64,000 bases of DNA from the NCBI GenBank assembly GCA_964480945.1, contig CAYZRX010000002.1, positions 5,009 to 69,008 of the forward strand, written 5' to 3'. Shown piece by piece: positions 28,898-39,438 of the stretch. Each line of letters begins with the position of its first letter. The stretch's first letter is position 1. The DNA is from an uncultured Ignavibacteriaceae bacterium (GTDB taxonomy: Bacteria; Bacteroidota; Ignavibacteria; UBA10030). Made by a program: the position numbers and the translations under genes. A model generated the notes under the pieces. That model was given only the letters and a program-made list of their open reading frames with translations, was not told where the DNA came from and did not search any database.

Positions 28898-31681
28898 TCA
28901 GGAACATCCTGACGTTGCTCCACATTGCATGCACTTGTAGCAGCTTCCGCTTCGAATCATGATGCTGCCGCATTCGTGGCACGGCGGGGCATCAGCCTGA
29001 GTCTGGAATACAACCTTCTCGTTTCGCTCAAAAGCGGATGATCCTCTCGAAAGCGGGGTGTCTGAACGGTATTTTGGAGGTTCAGAGAGGTCCCCAAACG
29101 CTGTCGTGGACGGCGCCGAGGAGGGAGCCTCGTCCTTCGGTAAGAACTTCAGCCCAAGCCAGCGGAAGATATAATCGCTGATGGACTTTGCAATCGGCAC
29201 CTCGGGGTTGTTCGTGAACCCTGAGGGCTCGTACCGGGCGTGGCTGAACTTGTCCACCAGCACTTTGAGCGGGACGCCATACTGGAGGGCGATCGAGATC
29301 GAGGTCGCGAAGGAATCCATCAGACCCGAGATCGTGGAGCCCTCTTTCGACATCGTGATGAACACTTCGCCCGGCATGCCGTCTTCGAACATCCCGACGG
29401 TGATGTAGCCCTCGTGGCCGGCAATGCTGAACTTGTGCGTGATCGACTTCCGCTCATCCGGAAGGCGCCGGCGTGCCGGATGGACCTTTGCATCCTTCTT
29501 GATGTCCATCGAGGTGCTCAGCGGCTGGGTCCGTTTGCAGCCATCCCGATAGACTGCGATGGCCTTCAGGCCGAGCCTCCAGGCCTCCATGTAAGCCTGC
29601 TGGATATCCTCCGGGGTCACTTCGGTCGGCATGTTGACCGTCTTGGAGATGGCGCCGGAGAGGAACGGCTGGACCGCTGCCATCATTTTGATGTGGCCCA
29701 TGTACTGGATGGAACGCTGGCCGTTTGCCGGCTTGAAAGCGCAGTCGAAAACAGGGAGGTGTTCCTCCTTCAGGTGCGGGGCTCCTTCGATCGTTTCGTT
29801 CTTGTCGATGTAGGCGATGACATGTTCAACCTGCTCGTCGTCGTAGCCGAGTTTTTTCAGTGCTTCAGGGACCGTCTGGTTGACGATCTTCATCAATCCG
29901 CCGCCGACGAGCTTCTTGTATTTCACAAGTGCAATGTCAGGCTCGACCCCCGTCGTATCGCAATCCATCATGAATCCTATGGTTCCGGTCGGAGCAAGCA
30001 CCGTCGTTTGAGAGTTGCGGATGCCGTGCTGCTTCCCGAGGCGCACGACCTCTTTCCAGGCATCGCTGGAGGCCTGCCAAAGGTCTGCCGGAACGAGGTC
30101 ACGGTCGATCCGTTCTGCGTGGATGCCGTGCTTCTGCATCACGTTCAGCATCGGCTCGCGGTTGATCGCAAAGCCTTTGAACGGCCCCTTCTCCTTGGCG
30201 ATGAGAGCCGACTGTCGATAGGCCTCGCCGCACATCAAAGAGGTGATCGCCGCTGCGTACGCCCGGCCCTCTTCACTATCGTAGGCGAATCCGCGCGCCA
30301 TGAGGAGCGCGCCGAGATTGGCATATCCGAGTCCGAGCGGGCGATAGTCGTAGCTGTTCTGAGTGATGGCGGGCGTCGGGTAGCTCGCGTTGTCAACCTC
30401 AATCTCCATTGCAGTGATTGTGACGTGAACGGCCCGCTGGAACGCTTCCGTATCGAATTCGCCATCCTCCCGCCGGAACTTCATAAGGTTCAATGACGCG
30501 AGGTTGCAGGCAGTATCGTCGAGGAACATGTACTCGCTGCAAGGATTGGAGGCATTGATGGGAGCCGTCGTGGGGCATGTGTGCCAGCTGTTGACGGTCG
30601 TGTGGTACTGCATCCCCGGGTCGCCGCAGACCCACGCTGCCTCGGCGATTTGCCGCATCATGTCGCGGGCACGGTACTTCTCCATGGGCTTGCCGGTGGT
30701 GATCGCTTTCGTCACCCACTCCTTGTCTTCGTGGACTGCTTTCATGAATTCATCGGTCACGCGCACGGAGTGGTTCGCATTCTGGTAAGCGATGGAATCG
30801 TACGCGCCCCCGGGAATATTGAACCCGCCGTCGAATCCGGCGTCGATGAGCGACCACGCCTTCTTCTCTTCATCCGCCTTACAATTGATGAAATCGATGA
30901 TGTCCGGGTGATCCGCATTGAGGATCACCATCTTCGCGGCCCGGCGCGTCTTGCCGCCCGATTTGATGACGCCGGCGAACGCGTCAAAGCCTCTCATGAA
31001 CGAGACCGGCCCGGATGCTGTGCCGCCTCCCCCCAACGCTTCCTTTGAGGAGCGGAGCGTCGAGAGGTTCGACCCGGTTCCCGATCCCCACTTGAACAGC
31101 ATCCCCTCCGTTTTCGCGAGGGTCAGAATCGAGTCCATCGAGTCCTGGACGGAGTTGATGAAGCAGGCGGAGCACTGGGGATGCTTCTCGTTCCCCACGT
31201 TGAACCAGACGGGGCTGTTGAACGACATATACTGGTTGGCGAGGAGATAAACGAGCTCATCGTAGAAGATGTCGGCGTCTTCCTGCGCGGCGAAGTAGCC
31301 GGATTCAAGACCCCAGGTATAGATCGTGCGCGCAACGCGCTCGATCAACTGCTTGACGCTGTGCTCGCGCTCCGGTGTTCCGAGCGTCCCGTGAAAGTAC
31401 TTGGAGACCACGACGTTCGTCGCTGTCATCGACCACGACTTGGGAATCTCTACATCCTTCTGCTCGAAAATCTTCTCTCCCTTTTCGTTCGTGATGACTG
31501 CCGTACGAAGCTCCCATTCGATCTGATCGAACGGGTGGACCCCGGATTTCGTCAAGTATCGCTCGAACTTCAGTCCCCGAGGCTCGATGGACTGGTTCGA
31601 GCGCTCGGATTCTACCGGAGTCGGCGTCGCGACCTTTTCAAGCATAGCGCTCTCCTTGCTGTCGATAACGGCTTTAGACAT
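28898..31681 (-). CDS. nrdJ: adenosylcobalamin-dependent ribonucleoside-diphosphate reductase (class II)
   Basis: 927 aa. Catalytic core NPCSEY...C. Typical class II C-terminal zinc ribbon CHECGS...CYKCMQCG. Confidence 0.9.
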   Translation of the reverse strand: MSKAVIDSKESAMLEKVATPTPVESERSNQSIEPRGLKFERYLTKSGVHPFDQIEWELRTAVITNEKGEKIFEQKDVEIPKSWSMTATNVVVSKYFHGTLGTPEREHSVKQLIERVARTIYTWGLESGYFAAQEDADIFYDELVYLLANQYMSFNSPVWFNVGNEKHPQCSACFINSVQDSMDSILTLAKTEGMLFKWGSGTGSNLSTLRSSKEALGGGGTASGPVSFMRGFDAFAGVIKSGGKTRRAAKMVILNADHPDIIDFINCKADEEKKAWSLIDAGFDGGFNIPGGAYDSIAYQNANHSVRVTDEFMKAVHEDKEWVTKAITTGKPMEKYRARDMMRQIAEAAWVCGDPGMQYHTTVNSWHTCPTTAPINASNPCSEYMFLDDTACNLASLNLMKFRREDGEFDTEAFQRAVHVTITAMEIEVDNASYPTPAITQNSYDYRPLGLGYANLGALLMARGFAYDSEEGRAYAAAITSLMCGEAYRQSALIAKEKGPFKGFAINREPMLNVMQKHGIHAERIDRDLVPADLWQASSDAWKEVVRLGKQHGIRNSQTTVLAPTGTIGFMMDCDTTGVEPDIALVKYKKLVGGGLMKIVNQTVPEALKKLGYDDEQVEHVIAYIDKNETIEGAPHLKEEHLPVFDCAFKPANGQRSIQYMGHIKMMAAVQPFLSGAISKTVNMPTEVTPEDIQQAYMEAWRLGLKAIAVYRDGCKRTQPLSTSMDIKKDAKVHPARRRLPDERKSITHKFSIAGHEGYITVGMFEDGMPGEVFITMSKEGSTISGLMDSFATSISIALQYGVPLKVLVDKFSHARYEPSGFTNNPEVPIAKSISDYIFRWLGLKFLPKDEAPSSAPSTTAFGDLSEPPKYRSDTPLSRGSSAFERNEKVVFQTQADAPPCHECGSIMIRSGSCYKCMQCGATSGCS

Positions 31682-32226
31682 GGCTGTAGACTAAGCTCTA
31701 AAGAAATACCATCCGCTGGCAGGCTGGCACCTGCCACAGATAGACAATTGTCAAAGTATTAAGCGGGTAGACCCCTCTCGATCGGTGTGAGCGCTTGCTG
31801 GAGCTAGCGTTGCACCCCTGTAGCACAGCGAAGCGTCCGCGAGGTAAAAAGAAAAAGCTCAGTTTTCAACAGCGCAACTGGGTGTCAATATAAGCGCTTG
31901 CGGGAGCTTTGTCAAGTTAAAATTTAGAGGATAACAACTACGCTCATAATTTAACTTGACATAACTTTCATGAAAAGGGCGACGTTAAAAAAATCCGCAC
32001 GCATTTCATCGGCGACTTTTTTGTCGTGTTAACTGACGACACCGCACGAGAGTCAACTCGCTCTGCGCCAGCTATTCCATGTGAGCACGCGTTCGCCAGC
32101 GGCCATCAGCGCGAGCGTTGACCAGTCGGCCGGTCACGGGATTCTTTCTCCTTGCATCTCGTGGAAGCGTTCGCTTAATTTGTCCAGTTTTTCCTGCCCG
32201 CACATCACGAGCCAAGGAGTTCACGT

Positions 32227-34044
32227 ATGTCAGTTGCTGTTGACTTTTCGACTATACCCGAAATGTTCGACAGAATCACGACAAAGTACGCGAGCGAGCA
32301 ACGACCGATGTTGATGCACAAGGTCGACAAGCGTTATCGGGGCATCTCTTTCTCCGAGTACCGAAGGAACGTCGAGCTCTTCGCTCTTGGTCTTGCCTCT
32401 TTGGGAGTGATGAAAGAGGACAAAGTCGCGATCATCTCCGAGAATCGGCCCGAGTGGATTGTTGCCGACATGGCAATCGTAACGCTCGGAGCCGTTGACG
32501 TTCCCATCTATCCGACCCTGACGCCGAAACAAATCGAATTTATATTCAAGGACGCCGGCGTGAAACTCGCTGTCGTCTCCAACTCCCTCCAGCTGGGAAA
32601 GGTGTTGAAGATGAGAGGCGGGCTGAAGACGCTGCGGAACATCATTCTCATGAATGAGAAAAGCGAGCCTGGAAACAGTAGGATTCTCAGCTACGCGGAC
32701 CTTTATGCCAAGGGGGAGGAGTACGAAAAACTGCATCCGACCTACTTTCGAGAACTACTCTCGAAGGCCAGGCCGGATGGCCTTGTGACGATCATCTACA
32801 CGTCCGGCACGACGGGAAATCCGAAGGGGGTCATGCTCACCCACAACAACCTCGTCACCAACATCAAGTCGTCGGCGGATATCATCCCGCTTACCTACCA
32901 GGATACCCTCCTCTCGTTTCTGCCGCTCTGCCACTCGTTCGAACGGATGGCAGGGTACTACACTGCCATGGCGTGCGGAGCGACCGTTGCCTACGCTGAA
33001 AGCGCCGAGACCGTTGGGGACAACCTGCTCGAAGTTCATCCGACCGTCGTGACGACGGTGCCGAGGCTCTTTGAAAGGATCTACAGCCGATTGATGAAAC
33101 AGGTTGATAGCAGCCCGGTCCCGCGGCAGAAGATCTTTCATTGGGCGTTGAGTGTTGGAAGGGCGTATGCGACAGCGAAGAAAACCGGGGTCGTTTCTAC
33201 CATCCTGAAGGTGCAGCACACCGTTGCCGAGCGGCTTGTGTTCTCGAAGCTCCAACAGCGAACCGGCGGCCGCATTCGGTTCTTCGTGTCGGGCGGCGCC
33301 GCTCTCGTGAAAGAGCTCGGCGAGTTTTTCGAGGCCATGGGGATTACGATCATCGAAGGGTACGGGCTGACCGAAACTTCGCCTGTGCTGTCGGCCAACC
33401 GCATCGATGACTACAAATTCGGGACCGTCGGCAAGCCGATTCCTGGGGTGGAGATCAAGATCGCCGACGACGGGGAGATCCTCGCGAAGGGACCGAATAT
33501 CATGAAAGGTTACTACAACAACCCGCAGGCGACGGAGGAGGTAATTGACAAGGAGGGCTGGTTCCATACGGGCGACGTGGGAATGTTCGATCCGCAAGGT
33601 CACCTCATGATCACCGATCGGAAGAAGCATCTCTTCGTCAGTTCGGGAGGAAAGAACATCGCGCCTCAGCCGATTGAGAACCTGTTTCTCCAGAGCAAGT
33701 ACATCGACCAATTCGTGCTCATCGGGGACGGCAAGATGTTCCTCAGCGCTCTGATCGTGCCCGAGTTTGAGAACCTGAAGGAGTACGCAAAAAAGCTCGG
33801 GATCGGTTTCTCAGCCGAAAGCGACCTGACGCAGGTCGACGACATACGTAAGCTGTACGACAAGGAGATCCAAGCTCTTCAGAAGGACCTCCCGACGTAT
33901 GAGAGGGTTCGTCGCTTTGAGCTTCTGCCCGGGCAGCTGACGGTCGAAAACGGGGAGATCACCCCGACGCTGAAGGTCCGGCGCAGGGTGGTGGAGACGA
34001 AGTACGCCGCCCTCATCGATCGGATGTACCAGCACGTCAAGTAG
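32227..34044 (+). CDS. long-chain-fatty-acid--CoA ligase (AMP-dependent synthetase)
   Basis: AMP-binding motif IIYTSGTTGNPKGVMLTHNN. YGLTETSP. GWFHTGD. Confidence 0.85.
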   Translation: MSVAVDFSTIPEMFDRITTKYASEQRPMLMHKVDKRYRGISFSEYRRNVELFALGLASLGVMKEDKVAIISENRPEWIVADMAIVTLGAVDVPIYPTLTPKQIEFIFKDAGVKLAVVSNSLQLGKVLKMRGGLKTLRNIILMNEKSEPGNSRILSYADLYAKGEEYEKLHPTYFRELLSKARPDGLVTIIYTSGTTGNPKGVMLTHNNLVTNIKSSADIIPLTYQDTLLSFLPLCHSFERMAGYYTAMACGATVAYAESAETVGDNLLEVHPTVVTTVPRLFERIYSRLMKQVDSSPVPRQKIFHWALSVGRAYATAKKTGVVSTILKVQHTVAERLVFSKLQQRTGGRIRFFVSGGAALVKELGEFFEAMGITIIEGYGLTETSPVLSANRIDDYKFGTVGKPIPGVEIKIADDGEILAKGPNIMKGYYNNPQATEEVIDKEGWFHTGDVGMFDPQGHLMITDRKKHLFVSSGGKNIAPQPIENLFLQSKYIDQFVLIGDGKMFLSALIVPEFENLKEYAKKLGIGFSAESDLTQVDDIRKLYDKEIQALQKDLPTYERVRRFELLPGQLTVENGEITPTLKVRRRVVETKYAALIDRMYQHVK

Positions 34045-34130
34045 CAGAGCGGCACTCGCCGACGCTTCATCAGCCGGATGATCGTGACGAAGAGGGCAGG
34101 TAGCGATACTTGCCCTTTGTTGTGTACGTG

Positions 34131-34688
34131 CTACTTTTCGGTTGGCGGGATTTCGGAGGCTCGGACGCGGACGGATTTGCGGAGCACGATGCGGTCGCTG
34201 ACGACCCATGCGTCCGGAAACCCCTTGTCCACCAAGGTGGCGAGTTTCTGATTTGCTTCAACCCTTGTCTGAAAATCGCCCAGCCGGACCTTGTAAAGCG
34301 GGGGGTCAAAGACAACGTAAATAGAATCCTCGATCACCCTCTGCGCGGCAGCCATCTTCATCGCGTTCGCCTCGTCGATGTTCGGCGTGGCAAAAATCTG
34401 AACCCGGAATCCCTGAGCAATCTCGGATTCGACGACGAGGCTGTCCTCCTCGCTCCGCACTGTCCCTTTCTCTTCGGTGATCTCGTGCGTTCTCTGTACG
34501 TCTCTGATCTCTTGATCGTAGCGCGCGGGGTTGAACGTTTTCTCGTAGGTTGACAGCGGAGCCTTTGGCTCTTCCTTGCGCACGCTCGGTGGCGCTTCTT
34601 CCTCTCTCCGGGATTGCTCCAATGGCCGGCAGCCCGCCAAGAGGAGGAGGCCGGTGCAAACGATCGCGGCGATAAATCGAAGGTTCAT
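34131..34688 (-). CDS. SPOR-domain lipoprotein
   Basis: Lipobox LLAGC when started at the internal Met (MNLRF...). C-terminal SPOR-like FRVQIFATPNIDEANAM...YKVRLGDFQTRVEANQ...DAWVV. ATGA overlap with the upstream paralog stop. Confidence 0.55.
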   Translation of the reverse strand: MNLRFIAAIVCTGLLLLAGCRPLEQSRREEEAPPSVRKEEPKAPLSTYEKTFNPARYDQEIRDVQRTHEITEEKGTVRSEEDSLVVESEIAQGFRVQIFATPNIDEANAMKMAAAQRVIEDSIYVVFDPPLYKVRLGDFQTRVEANQKLATLVDKGFPDAWVVSDRIVLRKSVRVRASEIPPTEK

Positions 34689-35227
34689 TTTGAAACGTAG
34701 TTGATCCAAGCGTCGGAATAGTCCCGCGGAAACTGCGTGATCATCAACTTCCTCAACGAATCGGCTTGGAGGCGCGTGTCGAATTTTCCCACGCTGACGC
34801 GGTAGAGCTTATCGAAGGACTCGAAGAGGTTGAAGATCGGGAGGTCGGTGAACCGTTCCTTGGCCAGTTTCTGTGTCTGCAACGCGTGCTTCGTTCGAGC
34901 GAACGCGCCGATCTGGACCGTGTACGCAGGATTGGCCGGGCGCTGGACCGGTTTGATGGCCCGGGAAGAGAATTTCGATCGCTTCACGATGGAGGCGGTG
35001 ACGGTGTCTTGTCTGGAAGTGAACCTTCCGCGTTTGCCTCGAAGAGAATCTGCTCGGGCCAGCGAGTCGGCCTGGGCGAGAAGGCGGGCGGAGTCGGCCC
35101 CGGCCTGTGTGGACAACGGGGCCTCGGCGCGTTTGCCGGTCCCTGCCTCTTCGGACGAAACACATCCACTCAGCAAGAAGATGAGCGCGAGAGATGGTAC
35201 CGCGAAAGGGAGTAGTTGGTTCGTCAT
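34685..35227 (-). CDS. SPOR-domain lipoprotein (paralog of 34131..34688)
   Basis: Lipobox LLSGC. C-terminal SPOR-like YTVQIGAFARTKHALQ...YRVSVGKFDTRLQADS...DAWI. Confidence 0.55.
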   Translation of the reverse strand: MTNQLLPFAVPSLALIFLLSGCVSSEEAGTGKRAEAPLSTQAGADSARLLAQADSLARADSLRGKRGRFTSRQDTVTASIVKRSKFSSRAIKPVQRPANPAYTVQIGAFARTKHALQTQKLAKERFTDLPIFNLFESFDKLYRVSVGKFDTRLQADSLRKLMITQFPRDYSDAWINYVSK

Positions 35228-35235
35228 TTGTTCTC

Positions 35236-35988
35236 TCATGAGGTTGACGGCACAGTGCCCTTCCCGCCCGTCACGATTTGGACGCTCGCGCTCGTGCCGA
35301 GGCGACTCGCCCCGTTCGCGATGAGCGCACGCGCGTCCTCAGTAGTCCGGATGCCGCCGGACGCCTTGACGCCCATCGAAGCGCCGACGGCTTTTCGCAT
35401 CAGAAGCACATCCCTTGCGGTCGCTCCGCCTTTTGCGAATCCCGTGGAGGTCTTCACGAAGTCCGCCCCGGCCTGCTTGGCGAGCCCGCACGCACGACGC
35501 TTCTCATCGTCCGTCAAGAGGGCCGTTTCGAGGATGACCTTCGTGACGACGCCGGATTGCTTGGCGACGTTCACCACGGAGCGTATGTCGCTCTCGACGT
35601 AGCTCTCCTCTCCCGATTTCAACATGCCGATGTTGATCACCATGTCAACTTCCTGCGCGCCGTCTCGGATAGCCTGCTGAGCCTCGCAGACCTTCGCTTC
35701 CGTCGACGTGGCACCCAAAGGGAACCCGATGACGGTGCAGACCTTGACGCTTGTCGATCCGAGCCGACCGGCGCACAGCTTGACGTAGCCCGGATTGACG
35801 CAGACGCTGGCGAAGCCGTACTGCTTTGCCTCATCACAGAGCCGTTCAATCTGGTCGAGCGTCGCGTCAGGTTTCAGGAGGGTGTGGTCGATCAACCGTG
35901 CCAGCGTGACATCGAATGAAGGTTGCTGCGAAGCAGCCCTCGTTGGGGAATCAGCCTTCTCGTCTTTCGACATTGAAGCCGTTTTCAT
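35236..35988 (-). CDS. deoC: deoxyribose-phosphate aldolase
   Basis: [17 protein letters not shown]. Catalytic lysine region [11 protein letters not shown]. Start placed at Met 12 of the track ORF. Confidence 0.85.
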   Translation of the reverse strand: MKTASMSKDEKADSPTRAASQQPSFDVTLARLIDHTLLKPDATLDQIERLCDEAKQYGFASVCVNPGYVKLCAGRLGSTSVKVCTVIGFPLGATSTEAKVCEAQQAIRDGAQEVDMVINIGMLKSGEESYVESDIRSVVNVAKQSGVVTKVILETALLTDDEKRRACGLAKQAGADFVKTSTGFAKGGATARDVLLMRKAVGASMGVKASGGIRTTEDARALIANGASRLGTSASVQIVTGGKGTVPSTS

Positions 35989-36098
35989 TCTTGGTCCGTG
36001 CGTCCGGAGCTCGACAACCAAATATACGAGAAAAATGAACAGTTACAAGTCTTGACTGGCGTTGGGCCCCGCGTGGTGCCATGCGAATCGAGCGCCGA

Positions 36099-37436
36099 TT
36101 ACGTTCCGGAAGGAGCGGTGAACGAAGAAGCCGACTGCAGTCCGGTTGACACTTCCGGTATGATGCCCATCTTGGTATAGATGGGGTGCACGAGCTTTCT
36201 CAATGCCGGCAAACGACTCGCGAAGACCGCCGACGCGATCATACAGACCAGTCCGCCGAAGAACAAGGTCTCCGGCACTCCGATCTTGCTTGCGAGCGAG
36301 CCGGCTATCAAGCTTCCGAACGGCATCATCCCCTGAAAGGCCATGGTATACATGCTCATGATCCGGCCGCGCTTATCATCCTCGACGATCGTCTGGAGAA
36401 TCGTGTTGCTCGAGGCCATCTGGACCATCATCCCGAATCCGACAAGGACAAGTACCAGGAGCGACAGCCAGAGAATGTGTACCAGCGAGAAGACAACCAG
36501 CCCGACGCCGAACAAGCCTGACGCACGCGCGATCCATTTCCCCAGGCCGACAACCGTGCGTCGTGAGGCCAGGAAGAGGGCTCCCGCAAGAGCTCCAACC
36601 CCCACCGCTCCCATCAGGAACCCGAAGGTGTTCGAATCGCCGTGCAGGATGGTCCGCGCGTAGACCGGCATCAGAATTGTGTAGCCAAAGCCGAGAAGGC
36701 TTACGAGTGCGAGGAGCAAAAGCACATCGCGAATGGGTTCAAACCCGAACGCGTAGCGGAATCCCTCATTCAGGCCCTGCAGGACGCTCCGTGGTGCCGA
36801 CCTCCTCGGCCGGCGTGTCATGCGCATGGCGAGAAGGGCCGCGAGCACGGCGATGAAGGTCACGGCGTTGACCAGGAAGCAGACGGCTTCACCCACGGCC
36901 GCGATCATCACACCCGCGATCGCCGGTCCGATCAGCCGGGCGCCATTGAAGAGGGAGGAGTTCAACGCGATGGCGTTCGCCAGGTCTTCTTTTGTTTCAA
37001 CCATTTCTGACAGGAAGGACTGGCGGATGGGAATATCGAAAGCGTTGATGAGGCCCATGCAGGAACTGAGGACGATGATCTCCCAGATCGTGATAACGCC
37101 CGCCAGGGTCAGGACGGCGAGAATCGTAGCCTGGATCATGGCGAAGGTCTGGGTCATGATGACTCCCCGATGACGGTTCCATCGGTCGGCGAGGACGCCG
37201 CTGAAGGGGGCAACGATGAGCGGTGGGATCTGACCGGCGAAGCCGACGACGCCGAGCATAAGAGCAGAGTTGGTCATCCTGTACACGAGCCAGCTCAGTG
37301 CGATCGTCTGCATCCACGTGCCGATCAGGGAGATGCCCTGACCCACGAAGAACAGGCGGAAGTTCCGGTGCCTGAGAGCCCGGAGAACGTGCTTGAGTCG
37401 GCTTGATGCTGGTGGAGCGTCCGGCGTGTCTGCCAT
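36099..37436 (-). CDS. MFS transporter (DHA3/EntS-like efflux type)
   Basis: 12 predicted TM segments. N-terminal NFRLFFVGQGISLIGTWMQ and GVLADRW motifs typical of MFS_3/EntS-like exporters. Confidence 0.75.
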   Translation of the reverse strand: MADTPDAPPASSRLKHVLRALRHRNFRLFFVGQGISLIGTWMQTIALSWLVYRMTNSALMLGVVGFAGQIPPLIVAPFSGVLADRWNRHRGVIMTQTFAMIQATILAVLTLAGVITIWEIIVLSSCMGLINAFDIPIRQSFLSEMVETKEDLANAIALNSSLFNGARLIGPAIAGVMIAAVGEAVCFLVNAVTFIAVLAALLAMRMTRRPRRSAPRSVLQGLNEGFRYAFGFEPIRDVLLLLALVSLLGFGYTILMPVYARTILHGDSNTFGFLMGAVGVGALAGALFLASRRTVVGLGKWIARASGLFGVGLVVFSLVHILWLSLLVLVLVGFGMMVQMASSNTILQTIVEDDKRGRIMSMYTMAFQGMMPFGSLIAGSLASKIGVPETLFFGGLVCMIASAVFASRLPALRKLVHPIYTKMGIIPEVSTGLQSASSFTAPSGT

Positions 37437-37451
37437 GTGTCTACGGTGCTC

Positions 37452-39257
37452 TCATCCGTATAACGGTCCGAAGTTCCTGCACGCCCTGAAGTCGGCTCCC
37501 ACGAGATCGTGAGCGCCGAACGCCGTCCACGCGCTCGGGCGGAAGACTTTCTCCTCCGGCACGTTGTGCATGTTCACCGGTATCCGCAGGATCGATGCGA
37601 GCGTGAGCAGCTCGCTGCCGATGTGTCCGTAACTCAGGACGCAATGGTTCGCGCCCCAGTTGTTCATGACGCTGTAGACGTCCCTGAACGGTCCTTGGCC
37701 GCTCACCCTCGGCGCGAACCAGGTTGTCGGCCAGGCAGGATCGGTGCGCTCCTCCAGGATTCGGTCGACTTTCTCCGGCAGGTCGACGGTGGTTCCTTCA
37801 GCGATCTGAAGCACCGGCCCCAGACCCTTCACAAGGTTGACTCTGAACATCGTGGCGGGCATTCCTCCGCGCGTGAGGTATCCGGAGGAGAATCCTCCTC
37901 CTCGGAAGTATTCAAGGTTCGCCGGATACCATTTCGTGGCGTCCAGGCATTTCTTCGCCTCCTGCGCCGTGATCTCCCAGAAGGGTTTCATGACCGGCTT
38001 GCCGTTGATGCTTTGCTGGCCGCACCCGTCGAGCGCCGCCGCGCCCGAGTTGATCAAGTGGAGGATGCCGTCGGCGGCCGGACCGCTCAGCTTGTGCCCC
38101 GTGACTCGTTTCACCGCTTCGGGGCTCCAGTAGGTTCTGACATCGGCGAAGATCTGGGCTGTAGATGTCAGAAGGTGTCCGAAGGCCATTCCGGTGCCGT
38201 TGAGCGAATCATTCTCTGTTGCGACCGTAATGGGCTCACGAATCCCGTTCCAGTCAAAGGAAGAATTGAGGATGGCCTCCAGGAAATCGCTGTTCGGATA
38301 GTGATCCGACCACTGCCGCTGCCCTTGAAAGCCGCCCGCGATTGCATTATGACCGAGCGCTTCCTCCCCGTAGCCCAGCTCGGCAAGCTCCGGGTTGCCC
38401 AGCATCAGATCACGGGCGATGAGCGCCATCTTCACGACCGTCTCCCAGTCCCTGTCCTTTTCCGCGCGGCTCTTTTGGAGCCTTGAAGGATTGAAGTCTT
38501 TTCCCTCCTTACAATTCGACTTGACCCATTGCAGGGCCTTCTTGAACTCTTTGGGGTCGTAAATCCCTTCTTCCATCCTGCGCGTGAACTCGCTCATGTC
38601 GACGCTCTCGACGCGCATGCCGAAGTAGCGCTCGAAGAAGGAATGGTCGACGATTGATCCCGCAATGCCCATCGACACGCCCCCCATGGCGAGGTATGAT
38701 TTTCCTCGCAACGTCGCGGCAGCGAGCCCTGCCCTGGCGAACTGCAGGATCTTCCAGCGAACGTCGTCCGGAATACTCGCGTCGCGGGCGTCCTGGACGT
38801 CGCGGCCGTAGATCCCGAAGGCGGGCAAACCTTTCTGATTATGTGCGGCGAGCGTCGCCGCAAGATAGACGGCCCCCGGTCGCTCCGTGCCGTTAAAACC
38901 CCAGATTGCCTTCGGCAGGAACGGGTGCATATCCATCGTCTCCGCGCCGTAGCACCAGCAGGGCGTGACCGTCAGCGAGACGCCGACGCCGGCACGCGCG
39001 AATTTTTCGTCTGTTTGCGCAGCCTCTGTGACGCCCCCGATGCAGGTGTCGGCGATGACGCACTCGACGGGAGCGCCATTCGCGTGACGCAGGCTATCGC
39101 TCAACAGCTTGGCGACAGACTTCGCCATCGACATCGTTGCCTTTTCCAGCGACTCTCGAACGCCCTTACGGCGTCCGTCGATCGCAGGACGTATGCCGAC
39201 CTTCGGAAGACTGCCGATCAGACGATTTTCGTATGAAGTCTTCGGTGCCTTGGCCAT
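37452..39257 (-). CDS. fucI: L-fucose isomerase
   Basis: Near-colinear match to E. coli FucI over 601 aa. Shared segments: [104 protein letters not shown]. Confidence 0.9.
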   Translation of the reverse strand: MAKAPKTSYENRLIGSLPKVGIRPAIDGRRKGVRESLEKATMSMAKSVAKLLSDSLRHANGAPVECVIADTCIGGVTEAAQTDEKFARAGVGVSLTVTPCWCYGAETMDMHPFLPKAIWGFNGTERPGAVYLAATLAAHNQKGLPAFGIYGRDVQDARDASIPDDVRWKILQFARAGLAAATLRGKSYLAMGGVSMGIAGSIVDHSFFERYFGMRVESVDMSEFTRRMEEGIYDPKEFKKALQWVKSNCKEGKDFNPSRLQKSRAEKDRDWETVVKMALIARDLMLGNPELAELGYGEEALGHNAIAGGFQGQRQWSDHYPNSDFLEAILNSSFDWNGIREPITVATENDSLNGTGMAFGHLLTSTAQIFADVRTYWSPEAVKRVTGHKLSGPAADGILHLINSGAAALDGCGQQSINGKPVMKPFWEITAQEAKKCLDATKWYPANLEYFRGGGFSSGYLTRGGMPATMFRVNLVKGLGPVLQIAEGTTVDLPEKVDRILEERTDPAWPTTWFAPRVSGQGPFRDVYSVMNNWGANHCVLSYGHIGSELLTLASILRIPVNMHNVPEEKVFRPSAWTAFGAHDLVGADFRACRNFGPLYG

Positions 39258-39438
39258 CGATGCATCTCCCCATTGGTGTCGCAGGAGGAACGTTGCGCGT
39301 TGTGAAACGTGGTGAATAAGAAAAAGAGGCGATGAACATTACCAGAATATGGCTTGAATGTCAAGCTACTCTGAGCATACGCGAGCGGTTCGCTGCTCGG
39401 TTTCTCCCTGTGGTCCGGTTTTCTCCGCGAGCAGGCAT

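Noticed and set aside
31682-32226. Cobalamin riboswitch or NrdR boxes upstream of nrdJ.
   Set aside because: No B12-box (GCCACTG in the correct strand/context) and no 16-bp NrdR-type palindrome pair was recognisable. nrdJ itself is B12-dependent, so a B12-off switch is not expected.
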